DNA from: Candidatus Micrarchaeota archaeon
GTDB taxonomy: Archaea; Micrarchaeota; Micrarchaeia; Anstonellales; Bilamarchaeaceae
Length of the DNA: 64,000 nucleotides
Assembly (NCBI GenBank): GCA_043821365.1
Contig: JBDRCX010000006.1
Span: 519,417-583,416, forward strand
Reading direction: 5' to 3'
A program made the translations under genes and the position numbers. Below the pieces are notes generated by a model. It was not told the origin of the DNA, did no database searches, and worked only from the letters and a program-made list of their open reading frames with translations. Shown here in pieces: positions 47,494-56,111 of this stretch (the stretch's first letter is position 1; the number at the start of each line of letters is the position of its first letter).

Positions 47494-47741
47494 AGCCTCC
47501 GGAGGGGATTGAACCCCCGACTTCCTCCTTTCCCGCTTTTCGTAAAAGCGGGACCAAAACTAATTTGCTAATTTTTGCCCAAGGCAAAAATGGTAAACCA
47601 AAAAACCCTGGAGGGTTTTTAAACAATCAGTTTTGATCCAACTTTTTCTAAAAGTTGGTTACAAGAGAGGCGCTCTACCGTTGCACGCCTTGCGGACAAA
47701 TCTTTTACAGATCGCCGTGCAAGACTCTGAGCTACAGAGGC
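47494..47741 (-). tRNA. tRNA-Thr (anticodon UGU) with two introns: approx 45 nt in the D-loop and approx 130 nt at the canonical 37/38 site
   Basis: Minus-strand exons GCCTCTG-TA-GCTC-AGA / CGGTA-GAGC-G-CCTCT-CTTGTA / A-GGAGG-AAGTC-GGGGG-TTCAATC-CCCTC-CGGAGGC-T assemble into a 73-nt cloverleaf. The anticodon is at 47661-47663. Confidence 0.8.
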
Positions 47742-47856
47742 ATGTGCTCAACATATAGCCGATGACATACAGGCCAGATTCATCTGGTGCGGACATATTA
47801 GAAGCACTAATATGTTATCTACTCCATTCGACAGTTTTGGTATTTGACTGATAAAG

Positions 47857-47864
47857 TTTAAATA
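47857..47864 (+). promoter_or_regulatory. TATA box for tyrS (leaderless spacing)
   Basis: TTTAAATA lies about 23-30 nt upstream of the ATG at 47887. Confidence 0.45.
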
Positions 47865-47886
47865 ACAACTTCCTAAACCATCATGT

Positions 47887-48981
47887 ATGGATGTTGAAAC
47901 AAAAATCGACTTAGTGAAGAAAAAACCAACTGAAGAAGTTGTGACTGAAGATGATCTCAGGTCAATCTTTGAAAATTATGCTCACCCTAGACATTATATT
48001 GGGTATGAGATATCCGGAATGGTTCATATTGGTTCTGGACTGGCAGTTGGACTTAAGATAAAAGATTTTCTCAAAGCAGGTATAAAACCAACAATTTGGC
48101 TTGCAGATTACCATGCATGGATAAACGGAAAGTTCGGTGGCGATCTTAAAAAAATCCAAAAAATAGGCGAAGGATATTTCAAGCATGCATTGATTAGTGC
48201 AGGTATTGATGATGAAAAAGTTGATTTTCTCTTAGCAAGTAAAACATATCAAGAAAAACCAGAATTTTGGGCAGACATGCTAAAAATTTCTAAGGATACC
48301 ACACTCAATCGTATGCTTCGATGCGTTACTATTATGGGGAGAAAAGAATCTGATAATCTTTACAGTTCAGCTATTGTTTATCCTGCAATGCAGGCAGCAG
48401 ATATTTTTCTACTTGATGTACAAATTGCACATGCTGGTATGGATCAAAGAAAAGTGCATATGCTTGCCCATGAACTTGCACCAAAATTCAATAAAAAAAT
48501 ATGTGCAGTGCATGGCCATCTTCTTCCAGGTTTGCAAGGGCCAGGAAGAATGAATGCACCTGGAGTTGAAACTGGAGTTGATTCAAAAGTTGATGGTGAG
48601 ATGGATGCTAAAATGAGCAAATCAAAACCTGATTCAGCAATTTTTGTTCATGATTCAGAAGAAGAAATTGCAAGAAAAATCAAAAAAGCATATTGTCCTG
48701 AAAAAATAATCAAAGGAAATCCAGTAATAGAATATGCCGAATATTTAGTTCTAAGGGACAAACCGTTAAAAGTTGAAAGACCTGAGAAATTTGGTGGAGA
48801 TATTGAATTCATAACCTCGGAGGAACTAAAGAAAATCTATACTGATGGGAAACTTCATCCAATGGATCTTAAGGCTGCAGTTACCAGAGAAGTTTCTGCT
48901 ATGCTAAAACCAAGCAGGGATTATTTCAACAAAAATAAAGAATATTTAGACCAACTAAAAGTGGATGATATTACGAGGTAG
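47887..48981 (+). CDS. tyrS: Tyrosyl-tRNA synthetase (archaeal type)
   Basis: YIGYEISGMVHIGS, KMSKSKP, RPEKFGGD and LHPMDLK are collinear with the archaeal TyrRS pattern. Confidence 0.9.
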   Translation: MDVETKIDLVKKKPTEEVVTEDDLRSIFENYAHPRHYIGYEISGMVHIGSGLAVGLKIKDFLKAGIKPTIWLADYHAWINGKFGGDLKKIQKIGEGYFKHALISAGIDDEKVDFLLASKTYQEKPEFWADMLKISKDTTLNRMLRCVTIMGRKESDNLYSSAIVYPAMQAADIFLLDVQIAHAGMDQRKVHMLAHELAPKFNKKICAVHGHLLPGLQGPGRMNAPGVETGVDSKVDGEMDAKMSKSKPDSAIFVHDSEEEIARKIKKAYCPEKIIKGNPVIEYAEYLVLRDKPLKVERPEKFGGDIEFITSEELKKIYTDGKLHPMDLKAAVTREVSAMLKPSRDYFNKNKEYLDQLKVDDITR

Positions 48982-48986
48982 GGGTC

Positions 48987-49409
48987 GTGTCTTCTCTCTC
49001 CAAGGCAATAAAGTTGGCAAGAAAAGTTCATCTCGATCAGTTTCGAAGGGATGGTAAAACACCTTATTTTATCCATCCAAAAAGAGTTGCAAAGCTTGTG
49101 AAGTTGATGGGTGGGTCGGAAGAACAGATCATACTTGCCTATCTTCATGATGTTATTGAAAATTTCAATGGCGATAAAAATTTTTTATTATCAGAGATAA
49201 AAACTATTTTTGGTGAAAAAATATCCAAACTTCTTCTTCTTTTAACAAGGGAAAAAAACCAATCATATGGAGTTTATCTGAGAAAAATCAGACGTAATAA
49301 AACAGTTCTCCTTGTAAAACTATGTGATATGATCGATAATCTTTCAGATGATCCAACGGAAAAACAAAAGATAAAATATTTGTCCGTGTTTATTGAGCTG
49401 GTGGAGTAA
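48987..49409 (+). CDS. HD-domain phosphohydrolase (RelA/SpoT-type HD_4-like)
   Basis: KAIKLARKVHLDQFRRDGKTPYFIHPKRVA...AYLHDVIEN; GTG start. Confidence 0.65.
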   Translation: MSSLSKAIKLARKVHLDQFRRDGKTPYFIHPKRVAKLVKLMGGSEEQIILAYLHDVIENFNGDKNFLLSEIKTIFGEKISKLLLLLTREKNQSYGVYLRKIRRNKTVLLVKLCDMIDNLSDDPTEKQKIKYLSVFIELVE

Positions 49410-49544
49410 TCACATTGGTCTAATATCGCTGTAGTTGCATTTTTTACAAAACGAACCCCAGCAATTTTTGCATCCTATCGCCTTACACTTGTAGCATTGT
49501 AAAAGCTGATATCCGCTTTTCTTACAACTTGGACATGTGGCCAT
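49410..49544 (-). CDS. Small Cys-rich zinc-ribbon protein (44 aa)
   Basis: MATCPSCKKSGYQLLQCYKCKAIGCKNCWGSFCKKCNYSDIRPM. Starting at the internal ATG avoids overlap with the divergent gene at 49596. Confidence 0.4.
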   Translation of the reverse strand: MATCPSCKKSGYQLLQCYKCKAIGCKNCWGSFCKKCNYSDIRPM

Positions 49545-49595
49545 GTTATTCACATACCCTGTAAGGCTTATAAACATCAACTCTGTGAAAATTTC

Positions 49596-50189
49596 ATGGA
49601 TGAAGTGAAAACAGTTTCTGATGCAATGCAAACAACTCAAATTGCTTTAGATGATTATGAAGATCTTTTTTCTGACTTTGATCCATCACCATATGGGAAG
49701 AGAATACTCTCCACAGATTTTCTCCAAGAGCTTCATAGGCGCTATTCAGAAGATAAAAAAGGAACATTTTGTGTTAATTTCACATTGCCAAAAAGTATCC
49801 GTTCAGAAAAAATAGAGTCACTTGTCAAAAAAAGATTTAAGGAATATTTTAGAAAAGAATTAAAAACTCTTGAAAAAACAAAAAAAGAGCAGACAAAAAA
49901 TGGTCTAATCCGTATTTTTGCCGGTGCAATTCTTGCGATATTTTTAGTTATAATTCCAGAACTTGATTCTGAACCATTTCTGACAATTTTCTCAGTTCTT
50001 ATCTGGTACACTTTATGGTCTGGTTTTGAAAAACTTTTCGAGTCCTCAAAATTACTTACTAATGAAATAATCTTTACTGAAAAATTCCTAAAAGCAGATT
50101 ACAAATTTGTTTCTGAAGAAGAGGTTGTTGAAGTTATACAAAAGATTCAGGAGACTCCAAAGGAGCAGAAACCTCCAGAAAGTTCTTGA
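49596..50189 (+). CDS. Hypothetical membrane protein
   Basis: 197-aa ORF with two central TM helices (IRIFAGAILAIFLVIIP, FLTIFSVLIWYTLWSGF). Confidence 0.45.
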   Translation: MDEVKTVSDAMQTTQIALDDYEDLFSDFDPSPYGKRILSTDFLQELHRRYSEDKKGTFCVNFTLPKSIRSEKIESLVKKRFKEYFRKELKTLEKTKKEQTKNGLIRIFAGAILAIFLVIIPELDSEPFLTIFSVLIWYTLWSGFEKLFESSKLLTNEIIFTEKFLKADYKFVSEEEVVEVIQKIQETPKEQKPPESS

Positions 50190-50745
50190 TCATATTTTCC
50201 CCGTACTCACTGTGCCAGACTTCAGGATGGAATTGCACACCAAATATTGGTAATGCCCTATGTCTCATTGCTTCTATCCCACAATTAGTTGAATGTGCAA
50301 GCTTTACAAAATTTTCCGGAAGTTTTTTAACTTCGTCAAAGTGTGATACCCAAACACGTAATTTTGGTGGCGCTCCATTGAATATAATATCATTATCATC
50401 AATTTTTATACTTCCCATACCATACTCTGCACTTTCTCCTTTTGCCACTTCCCCTCCCCATACTTGTGCAATCATCTGATGTCCATAACAAACTCCAAAT
50501 AAAGGAAGTTTTATATGTTCATCTCTGACTTTTTCACAAATCATTGAACTTAGATTCGGAGGATCTTCGTAGACAGAGTTTGGACCACCAGAAAGAATAA
50601 TTTTTGCAACTCCTGATTTCAAGAATTCATCTACTTTATCATATGTTGCTCTATTATACAACATCTCGGCCTCGTAGCCAAGTTCCCTACAATTTCTTTT
50701 TATCAAATGGGTGTATTGGGATCCATTATCAATGATAAGAATCAT
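50134..50745 (-). CDS. guaAA: GMP synthase, glutamine amidotransferase subunit A
   Basis: MILIIDNGSQYTHLIKR...GVCYGHQMIA...FGVQFHPEV (class I GATase Cys-His-Glu). ATG at 50745. Confidence 0.9.
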   Translation of the reverse strand: MILIIDNGSQYTHLIKRNCRELGYEAEMLYNRATYDKVDEFLKSGVAKIILSGGPNSVYEDPPNLSSMICEKVRDEHIKLPLFGVCYGHQMIAQVWGGEVAKGESAEYGMGSIKIDDNDIIFNGAPPKLRVWVSHFDEVKKLPENFVKLAHSTNCGIEAMRHRALPIFGVQFHPEVWHSEYGENMIKNFLEVSAPLESPESFV

Positions 50746-50860
50746 GCTATGAATAAGTTTGGAATAGTTTATATTTTTTAAGTTACCTACCTCAAAAAAA
50801 AACAGCAATATTTATAAATAAGAAAGCGCCTTTAATGTAAGGTATGCCGAGGCGGAGTAT

Positions 50861-53800
50861 ATGAGATTAATTATCATTTTTGCGTTGTTGGGTATAATTG
50901 GATTAAGTTTTGCTGGTACAATTGGATCTCCAGATCCTATAAATAATTGTCAGGAAATGGATACTTCAGGTTATTACTACCTAAATACTAATCTTGTTGG
51001 TGCTCCAATAGCTGTTACGGGTGGGAACACCTGCCTCCACATCATCAATTCAAGTATTGTTATTGATGGTAGGGGATACAATATAACTAATGACGGAACT
51101 GCAAATGCCTCTGCAATTTATGGTAATGGAATTAGTAATTTTACATTTTTCAATTCATCTGTTTCTCAGTACCAAGATGATAATTATGGCGGAGGTCAAA
51201 TAGAGTTTGATCATTCTTCAGACCTTTCTTTCTATGACCTTGTAGTCTACAACGGTAGTGGTGTATCTGGTTTTGATTTTTACAATGTTACAGATTTGGA
51301 AATTTACAATACTGAGGTGTTCGATCACAATAGGTCTGCAATCAGGGTTGATCTAAGTCAGGATATAGAATTTTATAATCTAGAGGTTCATGATATTTTT
51401 TCTTTCTATCATTGTGACTGGATGATGAACTGTCATTATGATTCTGATCCTGCCATCCGTATAATAAATTCAAATAATCTTGAATTTTATGATTCACAAG
51501 TATATGATCTTGAAACTGAAGGGGTTGATATTCAGAACCTGACAGGTGCAGACATTTATAGAATTGAAGTTTTCAATTTATCAGATATTCCTGATGAAGG
51601 TGATGCATCACTCTTAATTCTAGAAACAGTCCGATATGTCTATCTTGAAGATAGTCTGTTTCATGATTCTGAATATTCCTGTGTCGAAATTCACGAAAGT
51701 CAGGAAGATGAAATCGCTGTTGAGAACAGTGTTTTTGATAATTTAACTATCTATAATTGTGCTATTGGTTTGTCTTCAGGCGACAATCCTTTTGATTATG
51801 AAGAGTATTCTACTAATAATAGTTATACCAACCTTCACATATTCAATAATACACTTGGTATGATTTTATCTGCACACAATGACACTATATTGTCAAACCT
51901 TAATATTTCTGATAATATAATTTCTGGTTTGACTATGGCTTCATCATCCCATACAAATATAAGTAACAGTAATTTTACTGAAAATGGAGTTGTTGACCTT
52001 ATTGATGCTCCACTTTCAGCACTTATGATCGTTGGTCTTGTTGAATTTGTCCCGCCATTATTACAAGCAGTTCTAGGTCCACTTGGTTCTGGAGAATTAA
52101 ATATGAGCGCCATGATGTCCCAGATGCCTGATGGTGGTGCACCAGATTGTTCTACTACTCTTACAAACGTTACTGGTTCTGGCGGCAGACCAATACTATA
52201 TCTTAGGAATAATGAAAGCGTTGATGGCGGAGTTTATTCAGAAATACTTGTTTGCGCAGGTAATAACTCTTACATTAACAGTTCAACAGTCCTTGGATCA
52301 GATACCTTACACAATAACGGTCTTTTTGTTATGGGCGGAAGCAAAATGACTATAAAGAATTATACCTCAAATGGAAATGCCTTTGGTATGGTCCTTGTTT
52401 CTGTTGCTGACAGCCTGATAATTAATAATACAATTAATGATTCAACTGTTATTTTTGAATCACAATTAGAGGAATTTGACGTTAATATATCTGAATTCAT
52501 TGACATGGCTGGTCTTAATTCAAGTGATTACATGGATGTTGGTGAATTCACTCTTGCATGGAAGGTACTTGGACTTGCCTATGGTAGTGTTACAACATTC
52601 GGTACAATTAACACTACATTCTCAAACAATCTGATACAAAACAATGATTATTCTGGTTTTATCTCGTTTTTATCTTTCTGGAACACTTATGATGGTAATC
52701 TGATAAGATCCAACAATCAACATGCCATCGGAGATTTAGAATTTTCAATTCCAGTTAAAGCTCAAACTGTAGGTCCTGTTGAATTTGATCCAAATTCTTC
52801 TACTGACATAACTCTAACTGGGTTAGACACCATAAGATCTGGGTTTATATCTATAGCAGGATTCGGGGATAGTTATTCTGGTAATATTTTCTATAATAAT
52901 ACTGGGGCTGGTTTCACAAGTGTATTGACCTATGGAAATTCTTTCAATGAAAATCAAGCATACAATAACAGTGTATCTGGTTATGTTACTGTTCTTGGTG
53001 CACATAATACTTTTGTCGGAGACCAAGCATATCAAAACAATCCAGAAGATCTTAAAAATTCATTTGATTTATCACTATCAACACCAGCATCTTCATTTGA
53101 AGACCTACTAAACTATACTCCTGCAAATGCAACTGATGATGCATTATTGATGATACCAGCTTTTGTGGTTGGGGATATCACTATCAATGCACCAAAGAAT
53201 CTTTCGCACAATGTTGAAATTGTTATTTATTCCCCAGTTGCAAATCTGTCTTATTACCATACCCCTAACATCACTTCAAGTGCTAATTTCTCTCCAAACC
53301 TTTCTCTGAATTCAACATACTGGATTGAGGATTCACTTGGTGAAAATATTACTATTCATCTTAATGGGAATATGCCATTTTCTTTTACAATCAACATTCA
53401 TGAAAATGCTTCTGAAAACGCAACTTTCAGCAAATTAAAAATGGATATTATGGAAGTTGCTCCAGCCTCAGGTGGATTTGTTAATCACCTATCAATAGCA
53501 ACAAGGTTGCTAGGCGTTCAATCATATGAGAATAATGGTTATGGTGTTGCTGATTTTGCAATCCCACCAATATCTGTTGATCTAAATGTTGGTGAAAGTG
53601 TTGAGCTTATTGATGGGCCAGATATATTCTTGCTTGCATCTCTTCAACTTTTATTGAACCTTGTTTCAACTAATATCCCTGGGACACTTATCATAGCATC
53701 AACTGTTTCAAACAACAGTATGGATGACGTAAATACAGGATCGCTAATCCTTCCTTATGCAAAAACTTCAAAAGTAGTTTTCAATGATGCAGTTGGAGTT

Positions 53801-56101
53801 AGCTTAGAAACTGGAAGAGGTAGTTTATTCCAGCAATTCATGGATACAATGCCAATGGACTATTTTGCAACTATGACGTTTATTCAAGAAGATGAAGAAG
53901 GGGATTTTGATATACAGATGAGAGTAGGTAATATTTGGGAAGAAGATAGCAGTTATTTAAATGGTCTGCCACTCGCAATGAATAATTCTCCAACTCTAGA
54001 AACTTTTGTATATAATAATAACATTGTTCTTCTTATCTCAAATTCAACTAATGTAAGTGCTTATACGTGGAACGGGTCAATATGGCAGCCAAATGCATCC
54101 TGGGCAAGTGGTTTGAATGGTATGCCAGTCGCATATCCGATCTATCCAGCAGTATTCGAAATGGATGGATATTTGCATATGATCTATGGTACTTCTCCAG
54201 GAAATCTGTTTGGTTTAACTTGGACTGGATCAACATGGACAATTAATGCATCACTTACAAATGGTATTACCGGGGCTCCAGCTGCATTATCTGCATCTCC
54301 AACAGTTTTCTATGACAGAGAAAACTACAAGTTTGTTCTTGTTGTAGGTTATGAACTTAATAATAATTTATTTGTTTGGACAAGAAGCAATGGAAGCTCT
54401 AGTTGGTTTGAACCGTCGTGGAATGAATTCGGAGATGATGCTTGGAATTCAAGCCATGGTGCTCTTAGGCCAAGAGCTTATTACAGTGAAAAGTTCAATG
54501 AAGAAATTATAATTATTGGAATGAGCGATGGTACTTTTGCATGCACATACTGGGATGATGAGCATGAAGAAATAGATGATGGTGATATAATAAGATGTCC
54601 CCCAGACATAACTCAAAGGTACTATAATCTGACTTGGGTTTCTCCATCAACACCAGTTAGAATTGATGATACATTGATGTTTTTAGTAAGCAATAAAACC
54701 GTAGGTGGAGGAAATTTCACAGCATTTGTCTCTGATGATTCTGATATAGAAATTGGGCTTTATTTACACCCATTGGGTTATAGACTTTCAGGAATTGAAG
54801 CACCGTCAGCTACAACACCACCTGATTTGATTCCTTTCCATAATGAATATTTCTCATTAATAAGAAGTGCAGATCTGTTTGAAACATCTGTGCTTGGTTT
54901 ACAACTCAATGACTCTTTAGGTAAGAATTATGACCCTCTTATAATTACCATTGCGACTTTCGAATGGGCAAGAGCAAATATGAGTGGGTATGATGAAGAC
55001 ACAGTTGGCTTATATTGGTGGAATGGAACTGATTGGTTCCTAGTTCCAAATCAATATGTCATACCTTCAAAATACAGATTAGTAGTACTCAATTTACAAT
55101 CATATAATGAAACTGAAATCTATGGTTTATTTGCAGATGAAGGTCCAGACCTTAATTGTACTGGTTCATCAAATACTGAGTATAATTACATAGATCCAGA
55201 TGTTGATGTTTCTCATGATTGTGTTGACGGTCTTGAAGTTTCTACTCACACTGCAAGCGGAGATCCATGGGTAAATATCAATGTTGGATTTGGTTATACT
55301 GACCAGAATGGTATCTTTACATATGGACCATTACTATGTGCAGTTGATTGTACGACTGATCTTGACTGTCCAACATATCAAGAATGTGTTGGTGGACAAT
55401 GTGAACCTATAGAATGTTCATGTGGGCAAATTGTTGAACATACTTGCCAGGAATATGATTGTTGTACAAACAATGACTGCGGTTCAGGTTCAAGTTGTAT
55501 CAACCACAATTGTGTTTCAGTAGAAACCTGCACTTCTGATGGCCAATGTCTCTCAAGTGAATATTGTGATCTTTCATTGGGAGTTGGAATCTGCAAACCA
55601 GTTTCAAGTACTTGCGGTTATGCAGCAAACCACCAATGGACAGCATATGATTGTGGGGATTCTCCAGATTGTCCAAGCTGTGCTCCAGGATTTGTTTGTG
55701 AAGTTCACGAGTGTGTTGCATTACCATCTGACCTTACTGGTCCAGATTCAGGATTTGTTGGTGATGATGTTAATTTCCATGCAGTGAACTGCCCACAATG
55801 CCAAGTTCAAATCACTGATCCAAGAGGAAAGAACATGTCTGCTTTAACAAGCAGTTCAGGTAACCTTACATTGCCATTATCATACAATGGTACATACACA
55901 TTAACTCTGGTTAAAGGTTCAGTACCTATAAAAACAGCTTCTGTTAGAGCATTGTCAAAGAGTCCAGGCGTTGAGCCTGGTGGACCAAGCTTTATCAATG
56001 ATGTTGCACTCCCAGGGGCATTGATGGCATTATTACTTGCGTTAATTATTGTTTTCTTGTACTCAATTTTTACGAGGAACAAGCCAAAGATAAATGAATG
56101 A
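50861..56101 (+). CDS. Giant surface protein 1 (1,746 aa): signal/anchor, parallel beta-helix (PbH1/NosD-like) repeats, W-rich repeats, Cys-rich modules and a C-terminal TM anchor
   Basis: MRLIIIFALLGIIGLSFAG; periodic N-x-(S/T)-rich approx 22-aa beta-helix repeats; four DC..C..C modules; C-terminal PGALMALLLALIIVFLYSIFTRNKPK. Confidence 0.8.
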   Translation: MRLIIIFALLGIIGLSFAGTIGSPDPINNCQEMDTSGYYYLNTNLVGAPIAVTGGNTCLHIINSSIVIDGRGYNITNDGTANASAIYGNGISNFTFFNSSVSQYQDDNYGGGQIEFDHSSDLSFYDLVVYNGSGVSGFDFYNVTDLEIYNTEVFDHNRSAIRVDLSQDIEFYNLEVHDIFSFYHCDWMMNCHYDSDPAIRIINSNNLEFYDSQVYDLETEGVDIQNLTGADIYRIEVFNLSDIPDEGDASLLILETVRYVYLEDSLFHDSEYSCVEIHESQEDEIAVENSVFDNLTIYNCAIGLSSGDNPFDYEEYSTNNSYTNLHIFNNTLGMILSAHNDTILSNLNISDNIISGLTMASSSHTNISNSNFTENGVVDLIDAPLSALMIVGLVEFVPPLLQAVLGPLGSGELNMSAMMSQMPDGGAPDCSTTLTNVTGSGGRPILYLRNNESVDGGVYSEILVCAGNNSYINSSTVLGSDTLHNNGLFVMGGSKMTIKNYTSNGNAFGMVLVSVADSLIINNTINDSTVIFESQLEEFDVNISEFIDMAGLNSSDYMDVGEFTLAWKVLGLAYGSVTTFGTINTTFSNNLIQNNDYSGFISFLSFWNTYDGNLIRSNNQHAIGDLEFSIPVKAQTVGPVEFDPNSSTDITLTGLDTIRSGFISIAGFGDSYSGNIFYNNTGAGFTSVLTYGNSFNENQAYNNSVSGYVTVLGAHNTFVGDQAYQNNPEDLKNSFDLSLSTPASSFEDLLNYTPANATDDALLMIPAFVVGDITINAPKNLSHNVEIVIYSPVANLSYYHTPNITSSANFSPNLSLNSTYWIEDSLGENITIHLNGNMPFSFTINIHENASENATFSKLKMDIMEVAPASGGFVNHLSIATRLLGVQSYENNGYGVADFAIPPISVDLNVGESVELIDGPDIFLLASLQLLLNLVSTNIPGTLIIASTVSNNSMDDVNTGSLILPYAKTSKVVFNDAVGVSLETGRGSLFQQFMDTMPMDYFATMTFIQEDEEGDFDIQMRVGNIWEEDSSYLNGLPLAMNNSPTLETFVYNNNIVLLISNSTNVSAYTWNGSIWQPNASWASGLNGMPVAYPIYPAVFEMDGYLHMIYGTSPGNLFGLTWTGSTWTINASLTNGITGAPAALSASPTVFYDRENYKFVLVVGYELNNNLFVWTRSNGSSSWFEPSWNEFGDDAWNSSHGALRPRAYYSEKFNEEIIIIGMSDGTFACTYWDDEHEEIDDGDIIRCPPDITQRYYNLTWVSPSTPVRIDDTLMFLVSNKTVGGGNFTAFVSDDSDIEIGLYLHPLGYRLSGIEAPSATTPPDLIPFHNEYFSLIRSADLFETSVLGLQLNDSLGKNYDPLIITIATFEWARANMSGYDEDTVGLYWWNGTDWFLVPNQYVIPSKYRLVVLNLQSYNETEIYGLFADEGPDLNCTGSSNTEYNYIDPDVDVSHDCVDGLEVSTHTASGDPWVNINVGFGYTDQNGIFTYGPLLCAVDCTTDLDCPTYQECVGGQCEPIECSCGQIVEHTCQEYDCCTNNDCGSGSSCINHNCVSVETCTSDGQCLSSEYCDLSLGVGICKPVSSTCGYAANHQWTAYDCGDSPDCPSCAPGFVCEVHECVALPSDLTGPDSGFVGDDVNFHAVNCPQCQVQITDPRGKNMSALTSSSGNLTLPLSYNGTYTLTLVKGSVPIKTASVRALSKSPGVEPGGPSFINDVALPGALMALLLALIIVFLYSIFTRNKPKINE

Positions 56102-56111
56102 GGCGGAATAC

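Noticed and set aside
47200-47571. A 123-aa plus-strand ORF.
   Set aside because: It is antisense to the OB-fold gene and then runs into the 3' exon and intron of tRNA-Thr. It shows no coding signature.
47742-47886. A possible extra small RNA between tRNA-Thr and tyrS (hairpins CCAGAT-TC-ATCTGG at 47774-47787 and ACATATTAG-AAGCA-CTAATATGT at 47793-47815; a CGATGA...CTGA pair).
   Set aside because: The C-like and D-like boxes are imperfect and about 88 nt apart, too far for an archaeal C/D sRNA. The hairpins may simply belong to the tRNA leader or promoter region, and I cannot support a gene call from sequence alone.
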